A stretch of DNA of 64,000 nucleotides from the human T2T-CHM13v2.0 reference genome, Homo sapiens. Positions 1 through 14,235 of this stretch are shown piece after piece; positions within the stretch are counted from its first letter, which is position 1; the number at the start of each line of letters is the position of its first letter. The notes under the pieces are model-generated. The model worked only from the letters and a program-made list of their open reading frames with translations, did no database searches and was not told the origin of the DNA. The stretch lies in NCBI RefSeq assembly GCF_009914755.1, contig NC_060947.1; one strand, given 5' to 3'. A program made the position numbers and the translations under genes.

Positions 1-299
1 AAGGTAGAGAAGGAGGAAAGAAATTGAAGTAGAAAGACTATATAAAACGATAATTATAATGTTTAATTTGAGGAATTAAGGTATAGAATAAAGGCCAAAA
101 AATAAAATGGAAAGAAAAATAAGCATCAGAAAACCAAATAAAACAAAAAGACAGAAAAGGAAGCTTATGATTAAAGTATTCTAAAAAACTTTTATATCTT
201 CAGAGAAAAGTGGTAAGTCAATCAGCTTTAGAGAATTAAAGAATGAAGATGATGATACTTAAGGCATTTGTGGAACACATATAAGTAGACTGTGCAACA

Positions 300-690
300 T
301 GCAAAAGTTCCAACAGTACAGAAAAAAATAAATTTAAGAAATTGTTAAGCCATAAAAATATAAAAAGGCAAGAGAAATAATTTAAAAATTAAAAACAACA
401 AATCATAAACTAAGATGATAGAAATGCTTCCAGTAAGCCAGCAATCACAAGAAATTTAGAAAACAAACATTTTATGGTTGCATATACAAACTAAACTATA
501 TACTGCTTATAAAATATATGTCCAAAATATAAGATTAACGGTAAAATAAATTATCTATATCTACATGCATACATACACAGACGTGTGTGTGCATGTGTAG
601 CAAACACTAAATAAGACAACAGAAAAAAACCTGGTATAGCTCTATTAATAATAGACAAAGTATATTTTAATGCTGAATTATTGCAAAGGG
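300..690 (+). mobile_element. Ancient L1M fragment (start of ORF2 endonuclease region)
   Basis: A-rich; aaaaaacctggtatagctctattaataatagacaaagtatatttt resembles the [15 protein letters not shown] segment of L1 ORF2; ends approximate. Confidence 0.5.
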
Positions 691-1044
691 TGAAGCCGTA
701 TACCTATGGACTTTTCGTTATGTGAGAAAAATGAACCACTATTTGGTTTCTGTTACTTGCAGCAGAATGTAATCCCAATAGGCATATTAGAAATTGTATT
801 GTTTGTGGTAGCTGAGAGAGACCATCTAGGTATCCATCACAAATATAATAGATAATGGATTAATAGTCTAAAGCGGTCAAACTAATAAACTAGATATGCT
901 TACACTATCATATCTGAATTTTACAAATACAGTGTTAAGTGAAAAATTAAGAAATACAATGACATTGGACTATCATTCATGTAATTTGTAAATGTGTACC
1001 CATAAGAATAGCCAGCGTTTCCTGAGGGCTTACTATGTGCCTGA

Positions 1045-1380
<336 letters not shown>

Positions 1381-1619
1381 TAAAGACATCATGTTTAATT
1401 AATTTATTAACTCTTCACAATAATGCTAGGAAATGGAATAGCAGAGATGTTAAGCAATTTTTCCAAAATTGCATAGCTATTTAGCCTGAGAGCCAGGATT
1501 TAAACTGAGGCAATCTATCTTCAGAATCTTCACTCTTAACCACTATGCTATATGTTGTATAATTTTGCAAAGACACATACATATCCAAAGACATATATTA
1601 ATAAGAGTATGAAGATGGG

Positions 1620-2023
1620 GCAGTTATTTACATTTTCCTCCAAACGCAATGTTGAAATATGATTTCTGGTGTTGGAGATGAACCTAGTGAGAGGTGTTTT
1701 GGTCATGGAGTACATCCTTCATGAATGGCTTGCTGCTGTCCTTGCAGTAGTGAGTGAGTCTCACTCTGTTAGTTCGTGCAACAGCTGTTTGTTTGAAAGA
1801 GCCTGGCATCTCTCTCTTGCTCCCTCTCTTGCCATATAACTTGCTTGTTCTCTCTCTACCTTCCACCATGGGTAAAAACTCCCTGAGGATTCACTAGAAA
1901 CCAAGAAGTTGTGGGTGCCATGCTTGTACAACCTGCAGAACCATGAGCCAAATAAATCTTTTGTCTTTATAAATTGCCCAGTCTCAGGTATTCCTTTAAA
2001 GCAATGCATAATGGACAAATACA
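1620..2023 (+). mobile_element. MSTB-like solo LTR (ERVL-MaLR)
   Basis: MST motifs incl. aaattgcccagtctcaggtattcc and 3' end ggacaaataca. Confidence 0.85.
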
Positions 2024-2144
2024 AGCAGAAGTCAGGACAAAACAATAGATTAAGATAAGACAGGAAACTTGTGTAGATCAATAATGAAAGAGTAACATGT
2101 CCCAAGGATGTGATTAGCACACTGCTCTGCATCTGAGGTCAAGA

Positions 2145-2146
<2 letters not shown>

Positions 2147-2190
<44 letters not shown>

Positions 2191-2198
2191 GAGAGAGA
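2147..2198. repeat. (GT)n-(GA)n microsatellite
   Basis: Read directly. Confidence 0.97.
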
Positions 2199-2707
2199 AC
2201 AGTCCTGATCTAGCTCAGTGTAACTTCAACTGTAATTTAGAAGCTATGAGAAGATCTTATTTCCTGTCTTTTAACTGACAGATCAAAGGGTTCAATAACA
2301 ATTTTGTAATTATTACAGTTGTTTCCCTTCTTTCATACACCTGTGTTATAGGTAATTATATCCAGACATTCCCTGAAATCCTCTCTCTGTTTGTTGCCCA
2401 TACTGTCAGTATTCAATTGACAGATAATAATAGAAATACAGCAACAAGCTCAGTACTGCAGGCACTACATCACTCTTCCTCTGATGTTATATTTATATCT
2501 TTTTAGTTATCTCTTTAAAAAGTGCAGTTGAAAACAAGTGCAAAGTCAGGATACATACTAAATACTTTCAGACAAGTTTTGTACAGATATAAAGTAAGTT
2601 TACAATTTTTGATAATACCACTTTATTCAATTATAAATCTTATTTTCTCAGCTCCTTGTTTAAAAGTAAGTATGAGTGAGTTACTAGTCACTAGTCATAG
2701 GTCTATA

Positions 2708-3458
2708 TGAAACAGGAGAGTCCCCTGATCTCCTTTACAGGACGTGCAACAGGGGTGTGGTTTGCCTGTTCGGTCACTGCCACTGCTCAAAACCCTGAGG
2801 AGTGGGAGAGCATGCAGATGGACTGGGGCAGGAGCTGAAGTGGGCATGTGTTACAATGTGCCCTTTTAGCCCTGCCGTCCATAGACAGCTTTAGTGTTAA
2901 CCAGCTCAATGGACCCTCTGCCTTTGTGAAGGGCATGGGGCTAGTGTGACAGCTTTCTGCATCCCAAGCTCTTGCCCAGCATCCCAGGAAGAACTGGGTC
3001 ACACACGGGCTTGAAGTATAAATGCGGGGTTTTACTGAGTGGTGAAGGTGGCTCTCAGCAAGATGGATGGGGAGCCAGCAAGGGTGATGGAGTGGGAAGA
3101 TGATCTTTCCCTGGAGTCTGGCCATCCAGTGGTCAAATTCCTTTCCAGCCGCCCCCAGACGAACTCCTCTCAGAGTTCAGGCATTCCTCCTCTTCTCTCT
3201 TTCTTTGTCGCATTGTTTTGCCATCAGTCTGCTTGTCTTCTTGTCTTCTCACCTGCTGGTCTGCTTCTGGAGTCTGCAGTTTGAGGTTTATATGGGCACA
3301 GGATAGGGGATGTGGCAGGCCAAAAGACAACTTTTTGGGCATGAAAACAGGAATGCCTGTCCCCATTTAGGGCTGTGGGTCTCCAGGCTTGAGGGTGGGG
3401 CCTTTGACAGTGAACTGCCCTCTTCTACCCAGTGTTTCCCTCTCTCCTGTCCAAATGA
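2708..3458 (-). mobile_element. LTR1/LTR27/LTR28-group solo LTR (ERV1)
   Basis: ~750 bp GC-rich block; minus strand begins ..ggacaggagagagggaaacactgggtagaagagggc..ggccccaccctcaagcctgg, as recalled for the LTR1 group. Confidence 0.7.
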
Positions 3459-3676
3459 CTTATATGACCTTTGTTATAAATAGACGACCAATAACTCCAG
3501 AAGCTCCCAGGTCCAAACATAAGAATAAATTGAGGAGGAAAAAAAAAACTTTTTTTTTTCTGAGTTGAGATTAGGTAATATTAAGAACTTTGAACAGCCA
3601 GAGTGTAGCACAAAGGCATCTGGTATTTAGGAGAAAAAATGCACCATTATTTGACTCATTGATTCATTTAAATCTA

Positions 3677-4003
<327 letters not shown>

Positions 4004-4041
4004 TTATTCAAGGTCCCCCATAAAGCCTACACTAAGAATGG

Positions 4042-6346
4042 TGATATGTGATATGATTTGGCTGTGTCCCCACCCAAATCTCATCTTGAATTCCCACATG
4101 TTGTGGGAGGAGCCTGGCAGGAGTTAATTGAATCATGGGGGCAAATCTCGTGATAGTAAATAAATCTCACAAAATCTGATGCTTGTATAAGAGGAAGTTT
4201 CCCTGCACAAGCTCTCTCTCTTTGCCTGCCGCCATCCATGTAAGATGTGACTTGCTCCTCCTTGCTTTCCACCATGATTATGAGGCCTTTGCAGCCATGT
4301 GGAACTGTAAGTCCATTAAACCATTTTTTTTTTTTTTTTTGTAATTTGCTCTGTCTCAGGTTTGTCTTTATCAGCAGCATGAAAATGGACTAATACAGTA
4401 AATTGATACCAGTAGAGGGGGGCACTCCTGTAGATACCCAAAAATGTGGAAGTGACTTTGGAACTGGGTAACAGGCAGGGGTTGAAAAAGTTTGGGAAGC
4501 TCAGAAAAAGACAGGAAAATGTGGGAAAATTTGGAATTCCATAAAGACTTTTGAATGGCTTACATCAAATTGCTAATAATGAAATTGACAATGAAATCCA
4601 GGCTGAGGTGGTCTCAGATGGAGATGAGGGACTTGTTGGGAACTGGAGCAAAGGTGACTCTTTTTATGTTTTAGCAAAGAGACTGGCATCATTTTGTCCC
4701 TGTCCTAGAGATTTGTGGAACTTTGAACTTGAGAGAAATGATTTAGGGTATCTGGAGGAAGAAATTTTTAAGGAGCAAAGCATTCAAGAGGTGACTTAGG
4801 TGCTGTTGAAGGCATTCAGTTTTAAAAGGGAAACAGAGCATGAAAGTTTGGAAAATTTGCAGCCTGATAAAGCATTAGAAAATAAAATCCCATTTTCTGA
4901 GGAGAAATTCAAGCTGGCTGCAGAAATTTGCATACATAATGAGAAGCCAAATGTTAATCACTACAACAATGGGGAAAATGTTGCCAGGGCATGTCAGGGG
5001 CATTTGTGGCAGCCCCTCCCATCACAGACCTGGACATTTAGGAGGAAAAAAATGGTTTTGTGGGCCTGGCCCAGGGTCCCTCTGCTGTGTGCAGTCTAAG
5101 GCTTGGTGCCCTGCGTCCCAGCACTCCAGCTGTGACTAAAAGTGGCAAAGGTACAGCTCGGGCAATGGCTTCAGAAGGTGGAAGCCCTAAGCCTTGGCAG
5201 CTTCCACATGGTGTTGAGCCTGTGGGTGCACAGCTGTCAAGAATTGAGGTTTGGGAACCTCTGCCTGGGTTTCAGAGGATGTATGGAAACACCCGGATGC
5301 CCAGGCAGTTTACTGCAGGGGTGGGACCCTCGTGGAGATCCTCTGCTAGGGCAGTGCGGAAGGGAAATGTGGGGTCAGAGCCCCCACACAGAGTCCCTAC
5401 TGGGGCACTGCATAGTGGAGCTGTGAGAATAGGGCCACTGTCCTCCAGGCCCCAGAATGGTAGATCCACCGACAGCTTGCACCCTGAACCTGGAAAAGCT
5501 GCAGACACTCAATGCCAGCTTTTGAAAGCAGCCAGGAGAGGGGCTATGTCCTGCAAAGCCAGAGGGGCAGAGTTGCCCAAGACCATGGAAACCCACCTTT
5601 TGCATCAGCATGACCTGGTTGTGAGACATGGAGTTAAAGGAGATTATTTTGGAGCTTTAAGATTTGACTGCCCCGCAGGATTTCAGACTTGCATGACACC
5701 TGTAACTCCTTTTGTTTTGGCCAATTTCTCCCATGTGGAACAGCTGTATTTACCTAATGCCTGTACCCCTGTTGTATCTAGAAAGCAACTAACTTGCTTT
5801 TGATTGTACAAGCTCATAGGCGGAAGGGACTTGACTTGCCTTGTCTCATGTTAGACTTTGGACTGCGGACTTTTGAGTCAATGCTGAAATGAGTTAAGAC
5901 TTTGGGGAACTGTTGGGAAGGCATGATTGATTTTGAAATGTGAGGACATGAGATTTGGGAGGGCCGGGAGCAGAATGATATGATTTTGCTATGTCCCCAC
6001 CCAAATCTCATCATCTTGAATTCCCATGTGTTGTGGGAGGGACCCAGTGGGAGGTCATTGAATCATGGGGGCAAGTCTTTCCCATGCTGTTCTTGTGATT
6101 GATAGTGAATAAGTCTCACGAGATCTGATGGTTCCGTAAGGGGGAGTTTTCCTGCACAGTATCTCTCTCTTTGCCTGTCACTATCCACTTAAGACGTGAC
6201 TTTCTCCTCCTTGCCTTCCACATGATTGTGAGGCCTTCCCAGCCATGTGGAACTGTAAGTCTATTCAACCTCTTTTTTTTTTTTTTAATTGCCCAGTCTC
6301 AGGTATGTCTTTGTCTTTATCAGCAGTGTAAGAATGGATGAACAGA
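4042..6346 (+). mobile_element. Full-length THE1B-like MaLR (LTR 4042-4397, internal 4398-5975, LTR 5976-6346)
   Basis: Two THE1 LTRs flanking the ~1.6 kb THE1 internal region; TSD aatgg/agtgg; internal ORFs (4551-5803) are broken THE1-int remnants. Confidence 0.93.
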
Positions 6347-7100
6347 AGTGGATTTACTATACAAGAGACTTTTTAGGGGCACTGCTTGTGAGGGAAAAAT
6401 GGGGGAAAAAGGCCAGAAGAACCATTACACCACAATACAGGGTGGACACTTGTGAAGGAAAGAGAGAAGGCAGAAAGTTTATATGATGTGTCTTAGACTA
6501 CAGAAGAGTTACTCTAACCCTAGGCTTAAGAGAGTTCGGCAAGGCCAAAGGAAAATCATCATAAAGCAAAAGTCAGCTATCAAAGGAGTCTTTTTCTTTT
6601 CTTTTCTTTTTTTTGAGACAGAGTGAGTCTCACTCTGTCGCCCAGGCTGCAGTGCTGTGGCGTGATCTTGGCTCACCGCAACCCCTGCCTCAAGTGATTC
6701 TCCTGCCTCAGCCTCCTGAGTAGCTGGGACTACAGGCGCACGCCACCATGCCTGGCAAATTTTTGTATTTTTTTTTTTTTTTAGTAGCGAGAGATGGGGT
6801 TTCACCATATTGGCCAGGCTGGTCTCGAACTCCTGACCTTGCGATCCACCTGCCTTGCCTCCCAAAGTGTTGGGATTACAGGCATGAGCCACTGCACCTG
6901 GCCAAGTTTTAAATCTCCCAGAAGCTTGTCTGCTTTAGCATTCCTGCTGTGCTTCCTCACAGGCTGAGAGCAGGATGGAGGTTAGGAGGGCCTCCACAGG
7001 AATACAATGGTAGATCAGAGTATAGCAGCAGGACCGCCTGTCAACTGCGGTCAGAGACCTCAGAGCAATTGAATGTCTGAAAGGTTGGTTTTCATGCCTC
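6347..7100 (-). mobile_element. Old ERVL-type LTR remnant, interrupted by the THE1B and an Alu
   Basis: Degenerate similarity to LTR16/LTR33-like LTRs, apparently continuing from ~4000-4041. Confidence 0.35.
6591..6903 (-). mobile_element. AluS with a small internal deletion
   Basis: Poly-T then antisense Alu ending ggcc. Confidence 0.95.
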
Positions 7101-7162
7101 CAGGCCTATAATACACTCAACATTGTACTAAACACTAAATGGGATAGGAGCAGATTGGTAGG

Positions 7163-7533
7163 TATTATGCACTGGATGTTTGTGTCCCCCACAAATTCAA
7201 TGTGTTGAAGCTGTAACCCTTAATGTGATGTTATTAGGAGGTGGGGCTTGGCAGAGGTAATTCGATTTAGATAAGTTAAAGAGGGTGGTGCTCCCAGGAC
7301 GTAATTTAGCATCCTTATAAGAAGAGGAACAGATAGATAGTAGAGCACTTGTGCTCTCTCTCTGCCATGCAAGGATACAGCAAGACAGCCACCATCTACA
7401 AGCCAGGAAACAGGCCCTCACTAGGAAGGAAATCTATTGATGCCTCTAGAACAGTGAGAAAGAAATAAATGTCTGTTGTTTAAGTCACCCAGTCTATGTT
7501 ACGTTATAATAGCAGCCTTAATAAATTGAGGTA
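7163..7533 (+). mobile_element. MLT1A/MLT1A0 solo LTR
   Basis: atgtttgtgtcccccacaaattc..ccttataagaagagg..gttgtttaagtcacccagtctat. Confidence 0.85.
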
Positions 7534-7988
7534 GATATGAAAGAAGATGCTGGTCATGCCCTTAAGGTGCTAAGAATATATGGGTGGAAGCAGACAAACC
7601 AAAAAATACAAGATAAAAAATAGAAACGCACCAAATAGTGTCATTAAACATGTATCGTGGAATCATATCTACCTCAAAAAGTGTGAAAATTGAGAAGGCA
7701 GTTAGAATGGCATTGCTGGGGTTCAGGGGAAAATATGATGACCTAGGTAAGTGAAATCAGAAAAGAAATGTGGAAAAGCATCTAAGATACATTTCAGAGG
7801 TGGAATTGACAGTAGCTAGTGAGTAACTACATAGAAGATAGAAACAAACCAGAGAATATTATTACTATAGCAAATTGATCCTATATTCACAAACCATTTT
7901 CTGATCATATCTACAAATTTATCTCCTGTGTATTAGCAGAGAAGCCTCTTTGCAGATAACTGGACCCAGTTCTTGAGACAAGTATATA

Positions 7989-9284
7989 CAGTCATGTGTT
8001 GTTTATGGGGATACATTCAGAGAACTGCATTCTTAGGCAATTTCATCATTGTGCAAACATCATAGAGTATACTTACACAAACCTAGACGGTATAGCCCAT
8101 TGTAGACCTAGGCTATAAGGGACAGCCTATTGCTTCTAGGCTACAAACCTATACTGCATGTTACTGTACTGAATACTACAGACAATTGCAACACAATGGT
8201 AAGTATTTGTGTATCTAAATATATTGAAAACTAGAAAATGTACAGTGCAAATATGTTGTAAAAGATACAAAAATATGGCTTAGCTGTATAGGAGGCTTAC
8301 TGTGACTTGAACTTGAAGGGCTGGAAGTTGCTCTGAGTCAGTGAGTGAGTGGTAAGTGAATGTGAAAGCTTAGGACATTACTGTATACTACCATATGCTT
8401 AATAAACACTGTACACTTACTTAGGGTACTCTAAATTTATTGAATAAATTCTTCTGTACTAATACCCTTAGCTTACTGTGCATTTTTAGTTCATAAATTT
8501 TAATTTTTTAAACATTTTGACTTTCATGACACTTAGCTTCAAACACAAACACATTGCACAAGTGTAAAAAAAATTGTTTTTCTTTTTTCTTCATGTAAGA
8601 CGGGTTATGTGCCAACATCTTAACAAGGTGGGAGGGTGGCGTATCTCACGCATGTGTGTGAACACCCAATCATCATGCTTATGAACTACGAAATTACTAT
8701 TTCTTTATATCCTTATTCTATAGGCTTTTTATTATCTTACTTTTGAAACATTTTTGTTAAAAGCTAAATTGCAAACAAACGAATTAGCCTAAGCCTACAC
8801 AGTGTCATAATTATCAGCATCGCTGTCTTCCACCTCCACAGCTTGTCCCAATGGAAGGTCTTCAGGGCCTCTCACGTGCATGGAGCTGTCATCTCCTGTG
8901 ATAACAATGCCTTCTTCTGGAATACCCCCTGAAGGAACTGCCTGAGGCTGTTTTGTAAGTAGGAAGGGTACACTCTAAAATACTGATAAAAAAGTATAGT
9001 ATAGTGAATACATAAACCAGTAACATAGTCATTTATTGTCATTTTCAAGTATTATGTACGGTACATAATTGTACGTGCTGTAGTTTTATAAGACTGGCAG
9101 TGCAGTAGGTTTGTTTACACCAACATCACCACAAACACATGAGTAACTTGTTGTGCTAGGATCTTATGGCAGCTACAGCTTCACTAGGCAATAGGAATTT
9201 TTCAGCTCCATTATAATCTTAAGGAACTGCCATCATAGATGTGGTCTGTCATTTACTTCAATGTTGTTACATGGTGCCTGACTA
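7989..9284 (+). mobile_element. Tigger3b DNA transposon (TcMar-Tigger)
   Basis: TIR-like ends cagtcatg.. / ..tgacta with TA on both sides; ggggatacattcagagaa..atagagtatacttacacaaacctaga. Confidence 0.88.
8586..8692 (-). pseudogene. SNORD13: U13 snoRNA retropseudogene
   Basis: Minus strand gtagttcataagcatgatgattgggtgttcacac..tgagatacgccaccct..ccttgtt..ggcacataacccgtct matches U13; A-rich tail; degenerate TSD at 8571-8585 and 8691-8706. Confidence 0.88.
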
Positions 9285-9683
9285 TAGCTGTCCTGTAAGT
9301 TACTAACCTGGCAGTGAGTTTTATTAATTATCACTGTCTTGTAAGTTTGAGGAAGATTTTTCAGTCCCATATAAGTTGACAATTCTATGTAAACTAGTAC
9401 CACTGATATCCTGGAGTGTGATCATTTCTCCGATTTACTGCTCTCCTTTTTGAGACCCTGTCTGAAACCAACATCTGACATTTTTCTTTGACATTTCTTC
9501 TTAATGGAAATGGAAACTGAATAATCAACATATGACAATGTTTGAGAGCTTTTGCTTTGTCTGTGAGGTGCAGTCTATGTCCAAATAATTGATATCTACC
9601 TCTTAGGAAAGAGAATATATGAATAGCTCCTCTCAGAGTTCATGGTGATGTACCAATCACTGTGTATCTTCCTTAGAAATTTG

Positions 9684-10118
9684 CAACCCAAATGCCCATC
9701 AATGATAGACTGGATTAAGAAAATGTGGCACATATACACCATGGAATACTATGCAGCCATAAAAAAGGATGAGTTCATGTCCTTTGTAGGGACATGGATG
9801 AAGCTGGAAACCATCATTCTCAGCAAACTATCGCAAGGACAAAAAAACAAACACCTCATGTTCCCACTCATAGGTGAGAATTGAACAGTGAGAACACTTG
9901 GACACAGGAAGGGGAACATCACACACCGGGGCCTGTTGTGGGGTGGGGGGAGGGGGGAGGGATAGCATTAGGAGATATACGTAATGTAAATGACGAGTTA
10001 ATGGGTGCAGCACACCAACATGGCACATGTATACATATGTAACAAACCTGCACGTTGTGCACATGTACCCTAGAACTTAAAGTATAATAATAATTTAGAA
10101 AGACCTTAAAAAAAAGAA
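9684..10118 (+). mobile_element. 5'-truncated L1PA (about PA5) 3' end
   Basis: End of ORF2, 3'UTR G-tract, A-tail; TSD agaaatttg at 9675-9683 and 10119-10127. Confidence 0.95.
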
Positions 10119-10653
10119 AGAAATTTGGGTAGTGCTGGAAAGTTTGTTTTTGCTCTGGAGACATCTCAGAAAAATAAGAGGAACAGCAAATCTAAACATG
10201 ACAAACCATTCTTTTGGTTCCTATCATATGATAAGCACTATCACTAACAACAACACATACTACTACTACTACTACTAATGAAACAATATATAAATATAAT
10301 CATAACAAATAAATTATACCTCATTTTATTTAAATTTTCTCATAAAGCTGGAATGTATCAATCTCATGAAGTTACCACCTATGCTTTAAAGATTCCTCAA
10401 ATCTATAAATAAATTTATCCCCAAACCAAGATTTATCAGCATCCTCCAGAAATTTTCAATCCTTACATATATTCAGTATTCATAAGTAGGTTCCAGCTTA
10501 TTACAGAAAGTAATTTCCATAACCAGGTCTCATGTACAAAATAGATGCAAATGCCCTTCTAGAGGGTCTGTCTCAGCACTCAAAAAGTTGGATTTTCTTA
10601 CCTTACAGTTTGCCATCTTGTGCTTTATAGATGTACCAAGCCGATATTAAATT

Positions 10654-10658
<5 letters not shown>

Positions 10659-10695
<37 letters not shown>
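10659..10695. repeat. (TA)n microsatellite
   Basis: Read directly. Confidence 0.95.
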
Positions 10696-11782
10696 TTGAT
10701 ACCTATTATGATTTGAGGGGCCTAGGACATACCTCTTTACAAGAGAGATATGGTACCTTCCTCCATGGAATTTATAATCTAGTGAAAGAAAGAGATAACA
10801 TACAGTTGAATAAATAAGATGATTATTTAGAGTGATATAACTTATGGAAATTATAAAACAGGTTTCAGCATGCAATGAAGTGTTACAAATACAAATGTTA
10901 CACTCACAGACCAACTCCTTCATAAAGTACTTTCTTTCCTTGTAACTCATGACAAGTGTCACAAATTCATTTACTTAAACTATTTATTGAATATCTACTC
11001 GATTGCATTTTTCTAGGCAATGTGGATAAACAAAACCAGCAATGATTCCCGACATTATAAAAATTATTCTAGTGGAAGCAGCATTCCTTGTCATAGGTGT
11101 CACTAATACTTATGGTCAGAATGTCCAAATTGTTTCCCAAATTATGTATTGTCTATGTCATATCAATCAACTGGTACGAAGAAATTTGGAGCTGAGACCG
11201 CTCAGAGCAGTAAATGTGCTGAGAAAGACCCTAAATTAATTTTAATATAAAAATCATTAGAATGCTGAAGTTGCATATTTATACTTTTTAAGCTGTATAT
11301 TTTTGTGCTTACTGTGGCTTTGTACTATGTATAATGTAAAAGAAGGAACGCAGAAACTTTTTTCTTCCAAATTATAGTGAGTATAATGCACATCATTTAG
11401 AGACTATTTTAATTAGAGAGTTACATAAGAGGTTAATAAAGCCATCCCAGTCACATTTTTGAATATTAATTTTTTAAATTGTAAAGATCTGCACAGAAAA
11501 AAACAGTCATAAACATCAAATTAGAGCCGTGTTCTAACAGTCAAATAAACCATTTATTGAATTTAATGAAGATCCTTTAAAGCAGTATCACAGAAGCTTC
11601 TATACTGAGAAATATGATGTTGCTCTTTTTTAAAAAGGAAGTTAACCATCCTTTTTTTCTAGAAGCAGTGGCAACTCAGAACATTACACCATTTCCTTGG
11701 CACCTTGCTGAGCCTCTACTATATGCAGAACACTGTATTACTGAGGAAAACAAATAGAACATGGAGTCTATGCCATAATTTC

Positions 11783-12201
11783 TTTTTTTTTAAATCAACT
11801 TTAATTTTACATTAAGGAGTAAATGTGCAGATTTTTACCTGGTGCATGACACTGAGGTTTGGGGTAAAAATGATCCTATCATCCATATAGTAAGCATAGT
11901 ACCCAATAGATGGTTTTTCAGCTCATGTGCCTCTCCCTCCCTTTCTCTTCTGTTAATAAATAATTGCTACTACTAATGATAGTACAATACTATACTATAC
12001 TGTATTAATAGTAACATTAATAATAATTTTATTAATGATTGTTTTCGTCTTTATGTCTATGTGTATCCGATGTTGAGCTACCACTTATAGGTGAGAACAT
12101 GTGGTATTTGGTTTTCTCTTTGTTCATTAATTCACTTAGGATAATGGCCTCCAGCTCCATCTATGTTACTGCAAAGGACATAGTTTTGTTCTTTTGTATT
12201 C
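11783..12201 (-). mobile_element. Older L1 3' end (L1PA15-16/L1PB-like)
   Basis: Poly-T and antisense 3'UTR; TSD tgccataatttc/tgccctaatttc; AT-rich expansion inside (~11950-12035). Confidence 0.85.
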
Positions 12202-12539
12202 TGCCCTAATTTCCGAATGACCAACAAGAGCACAGAAGTCTTGGTTAATGTGACAGTTGACTAGTTATCCACAAGGATATCCAGAAGAAATATATTAATT
12301 TTGAAAGTTAGCAAGAGTAAGAGAATAATTCTTTGTAATCATATCTCTAGTAAGTATCAGTAATTACAAGTTTTCACAATCTTAGCATTTTCTACAGTAA
12401 ATTAATTCTCTAGAACTTCTCACAGAATTCAAATTTTCCACATTGTACACAAAATTAATTTTTATCTGAAATTGCTTCCTTTTTTAAAGCTTGCTTTCAA
12501 CCATACTAATATGTTTTTCTTACTTTTATAGTTTTTTAA

Positions 12540-12746
12540 TGAAAATATTTTTAAATATTGTGTACACCATGATGTTTTGAAACATTATACTTTGTGGAAT
12601 GGCTCAACTGACTGCATTAATATATGCATTATCTCATATATTTTTCATTTTTATGCGGTGAGCAAACATCAAATCTATTCTCTTCATAATTTTAAAGAAT
12701 ACAATACATTGTTATTAACTACAGTCGCAGTGTTGTACAAGAGATG
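12540..12746 (-). mobile_element. L1MA 3'UTR fragment
   Basis: catgatgttttgaaac..tacaatacattgttattaactacagtc. Confidence 0.7.
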
Positions 12747-13186
12747 ACACTATGTTTTATTAATGTGACATAAAATTACTTGTTTAATGACATTTAAATC
12801 TTTAGCTAATTATTTTACTGGCATTATGCACACATAGTAAAGTCAATGCTTATTTCCTAAGGTTTGTCTCATGTTGCTTTCTTTATATGTGGAAGCCCAA
12901 GGAGCTTGCCACCTAATAATATACCAAAAGGCCTATATTATACATATAATTTACATTTATTTGTGTATTTTCCAAGAACCACATGCCTAAACTTTATTGT
13001 TTAGTAAGATACAGGGACTTGATGAGTCTACCACTAGTAAGACTGTTCTTGGAGACAGACATCTAAGCTGTTGCTAATGTTTTGACTGACTCTTCAGCCA
13101 CAACTATCTTGGTCTTGACTGCGCAGAATTTTGATTCGTGATATCCTACAGTTACTAAAACCTTGGCATGAGTTGTTTTATTAATT

Positions 13187-14077
13187 ATGGTATCAAGAAC
13201 TCTAAAGTGTCTGAGATTTTATTATGCTGGCAAGCTAAACACTTAGCATGCCACAATTTCATGAATGATGGCAGAAGACATACAACTTGTGGACGAGAGC
13301 CAAAAGAATTTGTTACATACAGCAGAGGAGTACGCATGAGCTTCATATTTACATTAGTTCTTCTTGCCCCCAAGTTCAATGGGGGGGGTAATACAGAGTG
13401 GGCCAAGTGAATAGTGTACAAACAGGTCTGGTTACAACTAAAAAAAATTGTGCTTAGAAAACCCCCCCAATGTTATAAGGGGGCTCATATGGTTTGGCTG
13501 TGTCTCCACACAAATCTCATCTTAAATTGTAGGGCCCATAATGTCCATGTATTGTGGGAGGGACCCAGTGGGAGATAATTGAATTATGGGGCCGGTTTTC
13601 CCCATATTGTTCTCGTGGTAGTAAATAAGTCTCATGAGAGCTGATTGTTTTATAAGGGGAAACCCTTTTTTGGTTGGCTCTCATTTTCTCTCTCGTCTGC
13701 TGCCATGTAAGATGTGCTTCTTGCTTTTTACCATGATTGTGAAGCCTCCTCTGTCACGTGGAACTGTGAGTCCATTGAACCTCTTTTCCTTTAAAAATCA
13801 CCCAGTCATGAGTATATCTTTATCACCATCGTGAAAATGGACTAGTAGTGGGGCTGTTGACAACTCTGCCTAACATTTGTTTCAGAGAAAGACATTATTT
13901 TTAGATTCTGGCAAAGAAACAAATCTGTTCTGTGCTCTGAAGGGAGACATTATCTCTATATTCCAAGGCAGCTTGCTATACAAACATCCTTCAAAAGACT
14001 GTCTTGAAAAAGGCTGTCATCCCCACTAAACAAGACTTGCAACCATGTGAGAGACCCAAGGAAACATGTCTCCCAAT
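13187..14077 (-). mobile_element. ERVL-class LTR (MER76-like) split by a THE1C LTR
   Basis: tctgagattttatt..gcaagcta..ttagcatgccacaatttcatg..ggcagaagac; family assignment tentative. Confidence 0.55.
13485..13849 (+). mobile_element. THE1C-like solo LTR
   Basis: THE1 LTR with ggggaaaccc signature; perfect 5-bp TSD ggggc at 13480 and 13850. Confidence 0.9.
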
Positions 14078-14235
14078 ATTTTCTTGTAGATTTTGCTAAT
14101 TTATCTACTCTTAGTTTATTTGAGGTCAACAAGTAGCCTTGGGAACTGCTCGATAACAAATTACTAGACATCTGAGCTTCTCAGGGGCATCCTTATCTTG
14201 AGGTAAATGACCACAGGACCCGCATTTACTTTCTA

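Noticed and set aside
5060-5803. 247-aa ORF
   Set aside because: Lies within the THE1 internal region; neighbouring frames are broken.
10091-10110. Possible tiny 3' transduction (ttagaaagacctt) in an L1 tail
   Set aside because: Too short to distinguish from tail decay.
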